64,000 bases of DNA, taken from Mizuhopecten yessoensis. Taxonomy: Eukaryota. The notes beneath the pieces are model-generated. The model saw only the letters and a program-made list of their open reading frames with translations. It made no database searches and had not been told where the DNA came from. The stretch is taken from NCBI RefSeq assembly GCF_002113885.1, contig NW_018408539.1, positions 239,183-303,182 on the forward strand, written 5' to 3'. Made by a program: the position numbers and the translations under genes. How positions within the stretch are numbered: the stretch's first letter is position 1; each line of letters begins with the position of its first letter. This document shows positions 51,336 through 64,000 of the stretch, piece by piece.

Positions 51336-54300
51336 TTGTTTATGCTATGATATTTGTGTCCCTATTACAATTTACACAATGTATCATATGAATGCCTCTA
51401 TGTGTTGGGCTTCCATAGAACCAACAGGCAGTCCTTATCTGCCGCCTCCATAACAAGCTTTGACACTTGTTTTTTCAATAATGGAATTGGTTTTATTTCA
51501 CTGATTACGTTGGCCTCGGAACGTTATTATCGTGATATCAGTCTTGTCAACATGCGATATAGTGGTCTCCAGATCGTGTCAATATCATACAAGTGTAAAA
51601 TTAACGCAGCTCTCGTCTTATCAGATATCAAACTACAGGGATATGAACTATTTGCCTGTTACTAGAGGGATTTTACCTATAACGACAAACATAGCACCAG
51701 CCATTTGCTATACCAGTCTTTTACCAGTGCATAAGTTTACAGTCTCAGCTACTGTAAAAATAGCCTACCATTTATGCAAAATATCAACACAATAAATATA
51801 TGGAGAAACAACAGAAAAGTTATATCGTCTTTCTGCATTGAATGTACGTGTGTTTCATTAGATAGACAATGTTATATATCCAACGGAACTTGTTTGTTGA
51901 TTTTTGAATTAATATAAAGCAGCAAAAGCTTGTATGTTAATAGTTTAAAATTATTTGGTGTTAAGTTAAACATTTATACTGTTATATGGGTAATGATCGG
52001 TTAAAGATGTTTTGTGGCGGTAAATACTAATGAAATTAACGTGATGTACAAACTGTCGGGTTAAGGAAATATTGATATTTTTTCAATAAAAACAACAATG
52101 TGGTAGGAATTATTGATACTGTTTCCATAAGTAATATCGTGTGAATATAACTAGCATCACATTGATATGTTAGTATGAACTGGGATACGCGTATTGTACA
52201 GGATATACATCAGAGATAAAAAAAAAAAAGTATTGATAATACTCAATATCGAGTACTCTATTACAGCTTAAGGGCCAGAACAATCCATATATCAATTACA
52301 GCAATGATCGTTCCTTTTCTTTTCTATCATGGCGCTTAATGTTAACGTATAACACATACTAGCAGAAATTGTTAAATGTCATTATAGTTATTAAGCAATT
52401 TAAGTACGGCATCAGTGTACGTTGAACACAGTGTACGCCTGGGGTTCATTTACCAAATTATCTCTGAAATAAACGTATCAGTATAATTAAAGTGATTTGA
52501 AGCATGGTTATATAGCAATGGAAAATAAGTACTTAATCTTTAACAATGATTTAATATAGCTACATGATTGATTAGTTCATCGCGTAATGAGCACTAGGTA
52601 TATCGTCTGCTTACACTTGAACTTTTCTGATAACAGTATTGGCTATAGTTCCTTATTGCATCAATTGACGTATCTGATATCATCCCTCTTGTGACACCAC
52701 TTGACTTAGATATTTGATGACATTAATTGACTTAATATCCAGTGACAATACATGACATGATACATGTACATTGTATATGGTGCCAGCTATGTACGTTGAT
52801 ATTTTGAGGAAATCAAGAACCGTAACTTGACGTAAGTATGGTTAATAAGCGCACTGATATATTAAGTAAAAAATTTATAGCTTCAATATCACGTGAATTT
52901 ATTTGCATTCGAGTGCGCTTAGTTAACTTGTTGTTTCATGAAGTAAAATCTTAGGAAACAAACTATTCAGAGTAGTCGTTAATAAAATATAAATGTTCTT
53001 TGTCTGGAGGTCTCCAAGGTGACATGACGCCTGTGTTTTACTTTTGTCATAATTGAGAAATTCAATTTACTTTGAAAAATGGTTTCTGTGTACGACGTAT
53101 AACGGGTTATTGTTATTTACCAATATCAATGAAGTGCTCACCTTTTCATTCATATCCTTAGTGCAGGAAACGTCGAAGGATAAATGTTAAAATTTGACTT
53201 AAAACAGTTTCAGACTTATGTTTGTCTAATAACATGACTACGTAAAATTAAACAACTAACATATTTCATACTTATTAGAAATTCATTATATTATATATTT
53301 TAATACATTATAATAATTACTACTAAGGATATATACTTGTCGTATATTTAGGTATCTGCAAAAGTGTCAACAGTATGTTTTTGTGCATATGATGTCGATT
53401 TTGGTCATGTGATGTGCTAACAAATATATGAGGTTAGAGATCATTATATATAAATATGTTTTCTCACTTGATAAACTATTTGTAAACTGTTAGCGTGTCC
53501 GAGATGACATATTTGTAAATTTTTATCTAGTCAGAATTATATATCTGATAAACTATTTTCTAATTCGAGTATATTTTGAAGTGGGTTTTTTTCTAAATTT
53601 TAATCTATATTTCCTACTCTTTTGCTGCCTCATATTCAAATATGATAATCAACTTCAGATGTGTGCTGTATGCAAATGAAATATTTGCGTGCGAGTTAGT
53701 TTTTGATATTGACAATGCTGCTGCAATCTGTCATGTTCAAAATGATTTGCGACTATCCTTAGCTAACTAACGGTGCGGAATACTGAAGATATTCCCATTA
53801 ACTGCAATTCATTTGTAATACAATACGATGAAGCAAAAGATGATAGATTCAAACTCGAAAGATATTTCTGACATTTCGTTATTAACATGGAAATACAATT
53901 AACAATTTTAGTTGAGCGTAGTTTGTGCATGCTGTGATTACTTGTCATTTCTTCTTAAATTTGGTAAACAAGTAATGGTGATTACGCTAACCCATGATAG
54001 CTGCGCTTTTCTTATCAATAGTGAGTAGCTTTCCTTTAAAAAATTGAAAAAAAGTGTAAAAGAAAATGAGCATAATCAAAAATGATTCCTAGTGGAAGAC
54101 CTCCGTTATAATTGAAAATCCGTCAGCCACTCATACGTTGTATAATAATTGACATTTTACATTTTTTTGTCTTCGACCAACATAAATGACTTTAATCATG
54201 ACATATAAATAAAGCGACAAGTACCCTTTTAGTGTGGCGGCCGATTTCAATATGAAGTCATATTCCAATTTAACTTATAGTCATTTGCGGATATATCGAC

Positions 54301-54444
54301 GCTGTGCTGTCTATGTATATCAATAAATGTATTGACCTAGGCAATTGTACAAACTCTCAAGAGCTTAAATTTGCAAACAGTAAATACTCTTCTTTATCAG
54401 CCCCTTTCCTCAATTTCAAATCACAATATGAATAACAAGTACGC

Positions 54445-54552
54445 CTTACTACTCCTTCTGATGATAACCGTTACGATTTCGATTTTTCAAACGTAAAATT
54501 CTCATTTCCTGATAGTAACATCCCTGCTTCTCCAACCTATGGTGTTTATAGT
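54445..54552 (+). mobile_element. Penelope-like reverse transcriptase fossil
   Basis: Translates LTTPSDDNRYDFDFSNVKFSFPDSNIPASPTYGVYS, a decayed version of the LxTxLYDKRDDFNFxIVNFPFLxSNIPxSPAYGVYISQL motif of invertebrate Penelope-like RTs (recalled, not searched). Confidence 0.75.
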
Positions 54553-57500
54553 TGGCCCGGTTCTGAAGAGCTCCCTATATTGATCACCAACAGCTGAAAT
54601 ATGTTTTGTCGACTGACTTGTTATATTCCTTCTTCATTGTGCATTGTACATAACACTTTATCATCCATACTCCTATGGTTTTCAAAAACAAATTCATAAA
54701 TTATAATGAAATTATAAAGAATAAATAAAATTATAAATAGATAAATCAAGAGGATTGATGAAACTAATAAATAAATCAGTATGACATGTGACTGTAATTT
54801 TATTTAAATAACAGAGCTTCTGTATACTAAGTAACTATTTCGAGTCATAATATGTTCAATTCTGTAGAGTGAACCCGTAAGCTAAACAATGTTTGAGTAT
54901 AAAATTATGCAATGACTGATGAGAAGGTACAGTAAAACCAGTATAAAACCTTAAACAATAACACCACTACATGTACTCGGGACTAATTTACTTACATATG
55001 AATGAAACCATTGAAATACCAAATATCTCTAAAGAAGTAAAAACCCTGTGTTATAATGAACTTGAATAGATGTTGTACAATCAATCCCTCGGTAAAGCAT
55101 GAAGTAATATATTGTAGTTTTAGACTTTATATCTGCACAAGGTCTTTAAACCGACATCCTGTTCTGTCTGTTTTGATTAATAAAAAACAAAAATAGACAA
55201 TAGGACAAAGCTTAGTTGACCAAACAATTTAAAGCAGGCATTGAATGTTTTTTGACTGAACGACCTTAAAACAACAACAGTATACTTGGTTCACTATTGT
55301 TTAATAAAAGAACAGCACAGGTCGAACGGTCAAACCACTTGAAACGCGATATACGAAAGTTGCTTACCAGCTAGGAATTGTTCGAAAATGACTTGTAATT
55401 TAGTGACGTAATTTACACGGATAGTTGCCAGACAGTTACTGTCACTGCCACCTAATTCATTACAACTAGATGAACAGGATCGTTTTTAGATTACTTTGCA
55501 TATGTTACACTACGGTCATTCAGTTCAGTTGATCAACTTCTTAAAAACAAATATGTAGAGAACGGAGCCGTGTTACTAATACAAATGTATCTGTCCCTTT
55601 TAAACGTAACTGTATAAATCTCCTCTGTGAGCATATTTGCTATAAGTTTATTGCTTTAAGTTCGAATAACGTTTTTATTGATCATGAATTCTTAACACCA
55701 GGCCAAAATATTCCGAAAAACCGAGGTATGAGACAAACTATATCAAAATGCATGACTAAATTTTGAACTTAAAAGTGATATGTAAAAGCAATATTTTGAA
55801 CCAAAGAAATGTGAAAAATTGAAATAAACATAACACGAAACCTGTTTTATAACAAAAAGGAGATATATCGGTACTGAACAGTGACAATAGAAAATGGTAC
55901 ATCTAAAATGTTGTTTTTTTTTAACATTTTTTTTTATATTTACATTTAATAACTCAGGCATGCATTAATCATTCGTGGGTTGTCTGCCCCAGCTACAACC
56001 CACAATACATGAAACACTCTCTATTTTTTTTCCTCACACATCACCACTTGTTCATTTCTTCCTCTCTGACTATTTCATACTCTCATACTCTAATTTCTTT
56101 TTTTTACCTCACTTATTTACACTCTCGTACAAACCCACCTCACACGGAGGTAACAAAAACAAAAACAATTAACACGGACATTTTGTCAGGTTTCCTGGTT
56201 CCTTAGCTAGAGGTATGTGTTTGCATTCATTTCCGCTGATTGTTGTGCACATGAATGTTCTTGAAGTATTGAGCATTACATTACTGTGGGCTGATTGTGT
56301 ATTCTTGTCTATAGCTTAGTCCAGGCGTTAATGCCATTCACATAAAATTTTGATAGTCTATTTAAGTTTAATCTATTTGTATCTAAACATTTGCACAGGC
56401 AATATTCTGAGTGATATTTTTCATCATTATGTTGGATAAAATATTTTCCTATACAGCTCGAGTTTTCTGATTCAGAGTTAAGTATTTTGTATATGATTTT
56501 GATATCAGGATCAGGATCAATGTGTCCTGTCATATCAAAAAAGGCAAAAGGTCAATAATGAGCATGAGTTTGATCATGGCGGACATTGACTTCCATAGTT
56601 GCAGACTAGGTCATTATGCAGACTGTTGATTTGCAAAGGAAATAATTTCAAATTGGACAAAAATAACCATTATCCAACATCAAATAACATCTTATTATCC
56701 ACCGCCATTCCAACAAAGAATACTCCAATGGCAAATCTCTTTTCAAAGCTGCTGTCAGCTTTACACAGTGGAAAACCTTCCGTCACAGGCCTGTCGTGCT
56801 TTCTTCATTATTGACTGAGGACCTGTCATTTTCCCCCCTTATTAATTACAGGCCTGTCATTTTTAGAAACTTTCCAACAACTTCAGCGTGGTAATTCTCT
56901 GGTAAATTAATGAAAACTGGGATTGATGGCAACTCTTGCCTCCGGAATGAAATAAAGTAATGCAAGGCGTCAATTTAACCGAATTGCTTTGAAATGAATC
57001 TCTTTTAATGAGCTAATTTGGTTGGATGTTTTTACAATAAATAGACCCGCCTACAGTATTGCTATTTAAAATCTGCAGTTAATGATGTTCATCACTACAT
57101 GTAATATGAGTTTAGTAACTGTCATGCTGGTATCGAATTTAAGTCTAGATAAACAAGATGTATGTTATGAGAATATAGGCAAAAATACAGACAAGCATAT
57201 TTATAAATATGTATATACAACGTAATTAGGTCCAGTCCAATCTCCATCAAAGGTAACATTCATACACCTCGTTCAGCATGAATTTGATAAATGTCTGCAA
57301 GGTAACCAAAAGCACGAGAGAAAGGTAAATGACTTTCACACTTGCTATATGTAGATCGTTAACATTAGGTGTGGTATGATAATTACTTTATATAGTGTAA
57401 CATTTGAGCACCCATCAAGTCATTGACCACGCTAGATGTTGCTCAACTACAGACCATGTATCAGGGTTATACCACATCACTAGAAAATCTAGCTTACCAG

Positions 57501-58998
57501 TAAGACAGTATTTTCGATTCATATACGTGTACCATAGCAGCTACACTATTCCCCTTTCCCGAGAGGTTTTCCTCAAAACTTGGCATTGGAAAATATCATG
57601 GGTTCCCAGGTGTTCCAATGCACCTTCCCTAGCTACCGGGCACTGGCCTTACAAGGAACCACAAATTTCCATCACTGCCACCAAAAGTAACGTGTGAGCG
57701 GACACATATAAGACCATCAACAACATGTTGCTAAACCGTAGATCACCATGCATCATTGAAACAGCTAGCTTGCCGGTAATATGTGTCCGTCATCTTTGCT
57801 GCACTATGATAGGGAATCATTATATGGAACCCAACAGTTTATGAAACGTTAGTACAGCAATCTAACAATGTGACAAATCACAATACACCATATTGTTCAC
57901 GAAAAAAGAAAACTGAACGACCTCAACAATTCAATCTGACGGGGTATTTTACTGTGGGTGTCACATGTCTGTTGTATAGGGAAATATTTACCCTTTGGGA
58001 GTCTGTGGTTCCAACTCAGTTTTTCGGTGTGGTTAAATGATGTATCGACATTAGTTTACATATCTCCTCGATTTTGGCGTTTTCGTATCGGGATGAGATA
58101 GTGACTGTCCCAAGCGTGTTGACTCTGGATGTTCTTTTTCATTATCGCCATTAGACGTCAGAATTTCTTATCAAACCATTATAAAAAAGCGAGACGGTAT
58201 TATATATCATATCAATAAACTATCGCTCGCTTCTGCGGAAGACAGTAATATATCAAAGCCCCCGTAAAATGGGCCGTCCGCACTGAGCATTATTTTCAAC
58301 ATCACATGTCATGGGAACAGATGCTCATTTCATACTTTTATTTAAACATTGAACTATGTATACAACATAATGCCCGCTGTCGCATTATAATTTGTTTACT
58401 TGCAAAGATGTCATTCAACTAGATCATAAAAGCCATACAAAAACGGTTCAATGCTTATATTTATGTTGTCTCCACCTTTCATCTTTTATTTTATCCAAAA
58501 TACGGTTGTACTTATATATATTAGCATCCGCTTTACCTGACGTTTTGTTGACGAATCTTCTAGCGGCTTGAACTCTCCTCGTATACATGTATCAACTTGC
58601 TCACGATTGTCGGCAGAATGCGGACTGTGAGGTGTGAGACAACCGTTTTCTGTTGTGTTATAGGGAGGTGGTTGACATTATGTAATGACCTTTTTATGGT
58701 ACAATGGACAGATGACATGAGTTATGTAAGTGCAACGAATTATAAACATTTGCTGACAATATATTCAAAGGTTTCTACATGTAACAACATCGTCCTGTTC
58801 AGTACCTCCCAGGTGATATATCAAACACCAGGCGCGTCTGGAAAAGTAAATGCCGAACAAGTCGATTTCTGTGATGAACCGAACCACTTCGTCATTTTGA
58901 GTGATGAATATCCTGAATTTTCGAAGAAACTGTTTAAAGATTGCCCTTTTTCATTTTTTGTCGCGTAGCGAACATTAATTTGCTACTGTAGCTTTATA

Positions 58999-59042
58999 TG
59001 TGCTGAGCTTTAGATGCGCTGAGCTTTAGATGTGCTAAGCTT
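58999..59042. repeat. 16-bp tandem repeat TGTGCTGAGCTTTAGA, about 3 copies
   Basis: Directly visible. Confidence 0.8.
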
Positions 59043-60629
59043 CACGAGCAGATATATAATTAACTGAAATATGGCATTACCAAAAGGTTGAGTTTTTGCA
59101 TATACATGTATATCATCTGCAACATCTTCCCTTACGACCTAACCAACCGTTTGTAAAACCGCGATATCCTCGACAATGTGGTAAAGTTAATATAGAAATG
59201 CTCCACAACATTCCATTGTCGATGTTCATGTCTATCAAACGCTTACTGAAAGTTTTCAAATTTTAAAACGAAAGAGGAATGAAATCATTTGCCTTTTAAA
59301 ATTTGAATGTGAATATTACATGCAATTGTAACCTGATAATGCTAGATGAGACATTAGCTACTACAGCTACAAACTTTATTACGTATACTTTCGTGTTTGT
59401 CACTTATGATGCTGGTTTTTTTTTTATTAAACCAACGTTATTTGTTTATATAACCATTGTTTGTTTCTAACGAAAAGAAAATATAATAACATATTTTCAG
59501 ATGCATTGCCCATTTGAAACAGATTTGATGGGTCAAACCCGTTATTCATTTTATAACCTAATCTGTTATCCTTATCTTTACCAATGTATATAGGTGACTA
59601 TATATTGTCCCAAAATAAACATAGCAAGTGTTGTCCTTCACCATAAGTGTCTGGCTGCGCATGTATCGCATGATGCTTAGCCCCTTCCCTCCGCATTAAC
59701 GCCATGTGGAATATACCATATACATGTGTAGATAGTTAAAGTGGATTATTATGTATTCTTGTGGAATCCGAAAACTAATATTATTGGTATACATAGTATC
59801 AAGTGTTGAGTTCTCAGCTTGTTTGTTCCATTTGTGACTAAATTGAAATGGAACAAGCTATTTCTTAATGCATAATTGTTGTAATCAATGCAAACAAGTC
59901 ACCCTTCTTACCAGGTCGACGTCTCACAGTTAGTGATGCCATCATAAGCTTCATAAACTATTCAAAAAAATATATAAATATCGCACTGAATGTAAATATA
60001 TTCCAATAAAACTTAACAAAACAAGATGTTTTTATTACAATTGTTTTTGCTGGCGTAGTGCTATGTCCTTTAGTTGTTTGTTGACGCTGTGGTCCATTAT
60101 TTAGCTGTGTGTTGACTCTGTGGTATTTATTATATATTTATTGCCTTTTGGTAGGAAAACACAATTCTGTTTTTTCCAAATATTATTCATGTCTCACGAA
60201 TACAAGTCTTCAGAATAGGGATGTAATTATTCATGTTCCTTATTAAACCCCATAAACTCCATAGTAAAATTGAGAGGAAAGATTAAATTGTTATTCCTAA
60301 CTGAAAGGGCAATACATATTATATTATACAAAAATAGAAACAAACATGCAATAATGAATATGATCAAGTTTCCACGCTATTGATTTCGTTGGTGCCTATG
60401 ACTCATTTGTCTAGAATTGTTCTGAATATTAGCAATGTGACCAGGAAAAAAAATCGAAATTGTGGAGGAACATAATGATTTATTTCCCCGCTCGACATGT
60501 GACCATTATAATCCAATTAGATGAGGTAATATATGTATGAGTATCATAATATGCTTTGTTAATGTATATTGATGATATCATACATTTTAATTTACATTTA
60601 TTGTGCCTAGTGAAATCGTTGTGTTCGTT

Positions 60630-60850
60630 AGGCGTGTATTTACGTCAGGATATCGCGTGCTTATATACATGTGAGTTATCTACGGGGTTCGACACCACGA
60701 CCGGACATGGAAACGTTTGTGTTATCTGCCAAACCACGTCGGTTGTCAACGGGTACTCTGGATTCTTACGTCATTCATATCACCTCCGCGCTTCCTTCTG
60801 GCCCAACATAAAATAAGCTGAACACAATTGTTTCATAATAAATAAAGCTA
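60630..60850 (+). mobile_element. Decayed V-domain SINE (relative of the 16.5-kb copy)
   Basis: B box GGTTCGACACC at 60686-60696, V remnant GGGTACTCTGGATTCTT, and 3' CGCGCTTCCTTCTGGCCCAA...TTGTTTCATAAT..AATAAATAAAG as at 16.7 kb. Confidence 0.6.
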
Positions 60851-62151
60851 ATATTTTCTATATGTCTAACATACACATAACGTCTCTTTAATCAAAAATA
60901 ATGATAACATGTCATTGAACTTATGCCGAGCACACTCATACTGACCAATCGTTCCTTAAGTTAGCGCACAGTTCAAATGCACAACATATCTTAATATGTG
61001 CATGATGGAATGTGTGCATATACACGATATGAACATACATAGATTTCACGTAGATCTGGTTTATGCTTTATGATTGATACAGTCATGCTATATATTATAT
61101 TTATACTCTCTAAAGGATGGTGTTCTCAACAAAATATAACGTTTCTATATATCGAACGAAAGTTTACGATACTACATGTTTAACATGTCTGTAAACATTG
61201 AGTTGGTGTTTCCAGTTTGATAAAACGTGTGTTACATGCTAGTAAATCAGATTGCGAACCAGGCATATTGAAAAGAAATAAGTATGTAACATGTAAACGG
61301 CATTTACAATTAACAAACGTTTTATTTGTTTAACAACTTTAATATACTTATGCGCAACAAATAAGTTTCCTTATAGTTACTTTGCTTTATCCTTTGCTTT
61401 AATAATGATTTCGTCGTTATTGTTTCTATTAAAATCTGTATTATAAATTCTTAAGTTCATACGAGAACTTATCAAAGCAATGAAGAAAGATATTATTACA
61501 CATTTCCTTGTTCTGATACAAAATGTACGATTTCCAATAGACATGTTTGACACCTATATCTATAGAATGAATACTAAGTACAAATTAAAGATAGTAGGCA
61601 TTCGGAAACTGTATAAATTAACATCAATGAAGGAGTGAATCATGAGAAGAAGAATTTTAAACGAAACTCGGAATGAACTGGAACCACATTTCGTACTGTA
61701 AATAATTACTCAAACCAACAAGGATATTTACCTATTACATGTGTGGTACGTTATTGTTCGCAGACTTATTGACTTAACCTTCGGAAATAGCAGAGAAACG
61801 ACTGGTTGTACACGTGGCATACGTTATTCTTTGTGGCAGTATTGACATAAGGTAACCTTAGAAATAAGTAGCAAGATTATCGGGATTTGTGTGCCGGTGG
61901 GCTACTGTTCACGTCGATATTGACATATCAAAACATCAGAAAGATTTACGATTTAAATAAATACAGGGATATTATATTTACATATTTTTTTTATTGCAAC
62001 AGGCAATACCTACACAAGTCCTCTCCTTGGAGGTACATTTCAAACAATAGCAGATGATAGGCTATGAATATTTAGGAAACTGGAGGCAAGTAAGCTAGTT
62101 TTCATAAAGTATGCATTCAAGTAATAATGAAATATTCGAGCAGTTATCCAC

Positions 62152-62370
62152 TTTGTATCTGTTTGTGATCTGAAGTCCTTTTAATAGCTATGGGTATTTA
62201 AGGACGTGTCAGGGTTTGGTGGTGGCGGAAAGCTGGAGTTCCCGGAGAAAAACCACCGACCTACGGCCAGAACCTGGCGACTGTCCATAGTAGGCCTCGA
62301 ACCAGCGACCCAGTGTGGGAGGGCTGGTGGTAGCAGAATATCAGACGTCTTAAACACTTGGCCACTCCAC
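62152..62370 (-). mobile_element. V-domain SINE, second subfamily
   Basis: On the minus strand: A box TGGCCAAGTG, B box GGTTCGAGGCC, V domain GGTGGTTTTTCTCCGGGAACTCCAGCTTTCCGC, tail ACGTCCTTAAAT... Confidence 0.8.
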
Positions 62371-63339
62371 TATGTGTATGTACATGTATATATACTTATA
62401 GTAAGTTTATTAAGCATATACTTATTTAAGGGCTTTGATACTTAAATCAGTGATTGCACATATATAATACTTTTACTTTTTATTAAAAAGAAATGTTAGG
62501 AGTACAATACGCTCTATGTACTATTTACTGTTTACAGACTGTACCAGTTGCTAGTCACCAATAATCACTCCCACTCTAGGTTTTAGTTTGACTGGCAGTA
62601 CTGACAGTCCATATACACCAGCACTATGTGCCTACCAGTCAATAACCTTCATGGATATTTCCTTTGCTGGCTTATAAAACACTGCATCACTAGTTAGAAA
62701 CAAGATATCCTTATACAAGTCTGTTTATCCTACAGAAGAGTGACAATGCCATCAGATAACAATATGAAGTATAACCATGCGCTAATTGGTTCTCATCTTA
62801 TTTTAATTGTTCAATACAGCAGCAGTGTTACATAGGATGTTGGTATGAAAACATAAATTATTATCACTTCACTGTCGTGCATACACGCTCATGTTACTTG
62901 AATGAATAACGTAAAACACGCATATGCTATTTCACCGATAAGCGTTTGGTAATAAATACAATATGCAGTTGCTTCTTTTGTGTTTAACTCATCAATTATA
63001 GTAGGGAGTCAGAATGGTAAATTCTAAATCCAAATTGGTTAAACTACTTGGGAAACAGAATGGGCGTTGTGTTAAACACATTAATTACACGAATTTAAGA
63101 AATATTTCAAATAGGCCTCGGGTAAAATGAGTTAATATTTGATGAATTATGTCATTACTCGTAAGATAACCTAGGTTTGTCGACGTCAACAACATCCCTG
63201 GATCCTGATAATGAAACAGTATCATGAAGTATCGCAACTGAAGTGATATATCAAATCGAAAGTAAAACTAAAACCAGCATGGATTATCGTGATAGCGGCC
63301 TCCTAACACAGCTTTGAGTCCTTGCGCGTACTGGTAACC

Positions 63340-63460
63340 ATGTGTAGGTTTGATCACCACGACAACAGGAAGTGATTGTGTTCTTAAGCAAGGCACTTAA
63401 CCTTGATGTACATCTCCAGCTGGTTATATGGTAGTGTAATTGCTGCTAGATTGGGTACTA
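63340..63460 (+). mobile_element. Decayed CORE-type SINE
   Basis: B-box-like GTAGGTTTGATCACC followed by TTGTGTTCTTAAGCAAGGCACTTAACC (63376-63402), resembling the CORE consensus. Confidence 0.5.
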
Positions 63461-64000
63461 TGGGTTTTTGCTGTAGTATTTGGGATCATTTCAATGAAAA
63501 GGATGTTTTTATTTAACACAGAAACATCGTTGATCAATAAGAAAAGAAAGTACGATACCGGAACCTTGTTTTAATGACAAAAGTAGCAGGTCTTGGAAAG
63601 GGGCATTTATTCTTGTTTACTTCAGTATAATGAACTATTTATATTCATATCAGTGCTGATTTGTCGACTAAGTGCTTTATTTAATGCTTTTTATTAGACA
63701 CGATAAAAAACCAGGATGGGTTCTCATCTGTAATGCGGTGCATAAAGTACGCTTATTCTTTCAGAGAAAACAATCCAGTTATTTTTCGGATATATGTTGT
63801 TTCCTTTGTTGATGTCGTCCCAAGTGTTTGAATGTGATTGTTTGTCCTTGTGTTTGGAAGTTATGTAGCATGTTTTTCCGGTTTTACTTCACTATTTAAA
63901 TGCTCCACTAATAATGATTCAAATGATAATGCATGTTTAAACATTGGAATAGACTTATCTCCGTTGTATAGTCAGAAATTTTGCAAACAAAAACAAATTA

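Noticed and set aside
58597-58968. 123-aa plus-strand ORF and other 60-130-aa ORFs in the track
   Set aside because: No recognisable domains or splice-consistent partners, and composition is typical of random AT-rich sequence.

Overview
AT-rich eukaryotic (animal) genomic DNA. The SINE, HINE and Penelope-type repeats point to a mollusc, probably a bivalve (inference). Two spliced protein-coding genes face each other tail-to-tail. (1) On the + strand is a secreted ADAMTS/reprolysin (M12B)-like metalloprotease. I traced 16 phase-consistent GT-AG exons from 8297 to 30863 (about 650 aa; the signal-peptide exon was not found). It encodes a prodomain, a catalytic domain with an unusually spaced zinc motif (HELGHNLGVIYHD), an ADAMTS-type disintegrin-like domain and three C-terminal PLAC-like modules, with no thrombospondin repeats. 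(2) On the - strand is a vasopressin/oxytocin-family (conopressin/cephalotocin-type) GPCR with coding exons 39175-38209 and 35695-35334 (442 aa) and a candidate upstream first exon near 49.0-49.2 kb. The rest is intronic or intergenic DNA containing tRNA-derived SINEs, a Helentron-type non-autonomous element, MITEs, Penelope-like fossils, minisatellites and a short (TTAGGG)4 tract. The most notable observations are an inverted pair of minimal hammerhead-ribozyme motifs (43196-43452), a duplicated 3' splice site that could give a membrane-anchored or NMD isoform of the protease (29343-29540), and the non-canonical zinc-binding spacing. Most ORFs in the supplied track are spurious. All calls come from reading the sequence by eye; no database searches were run.
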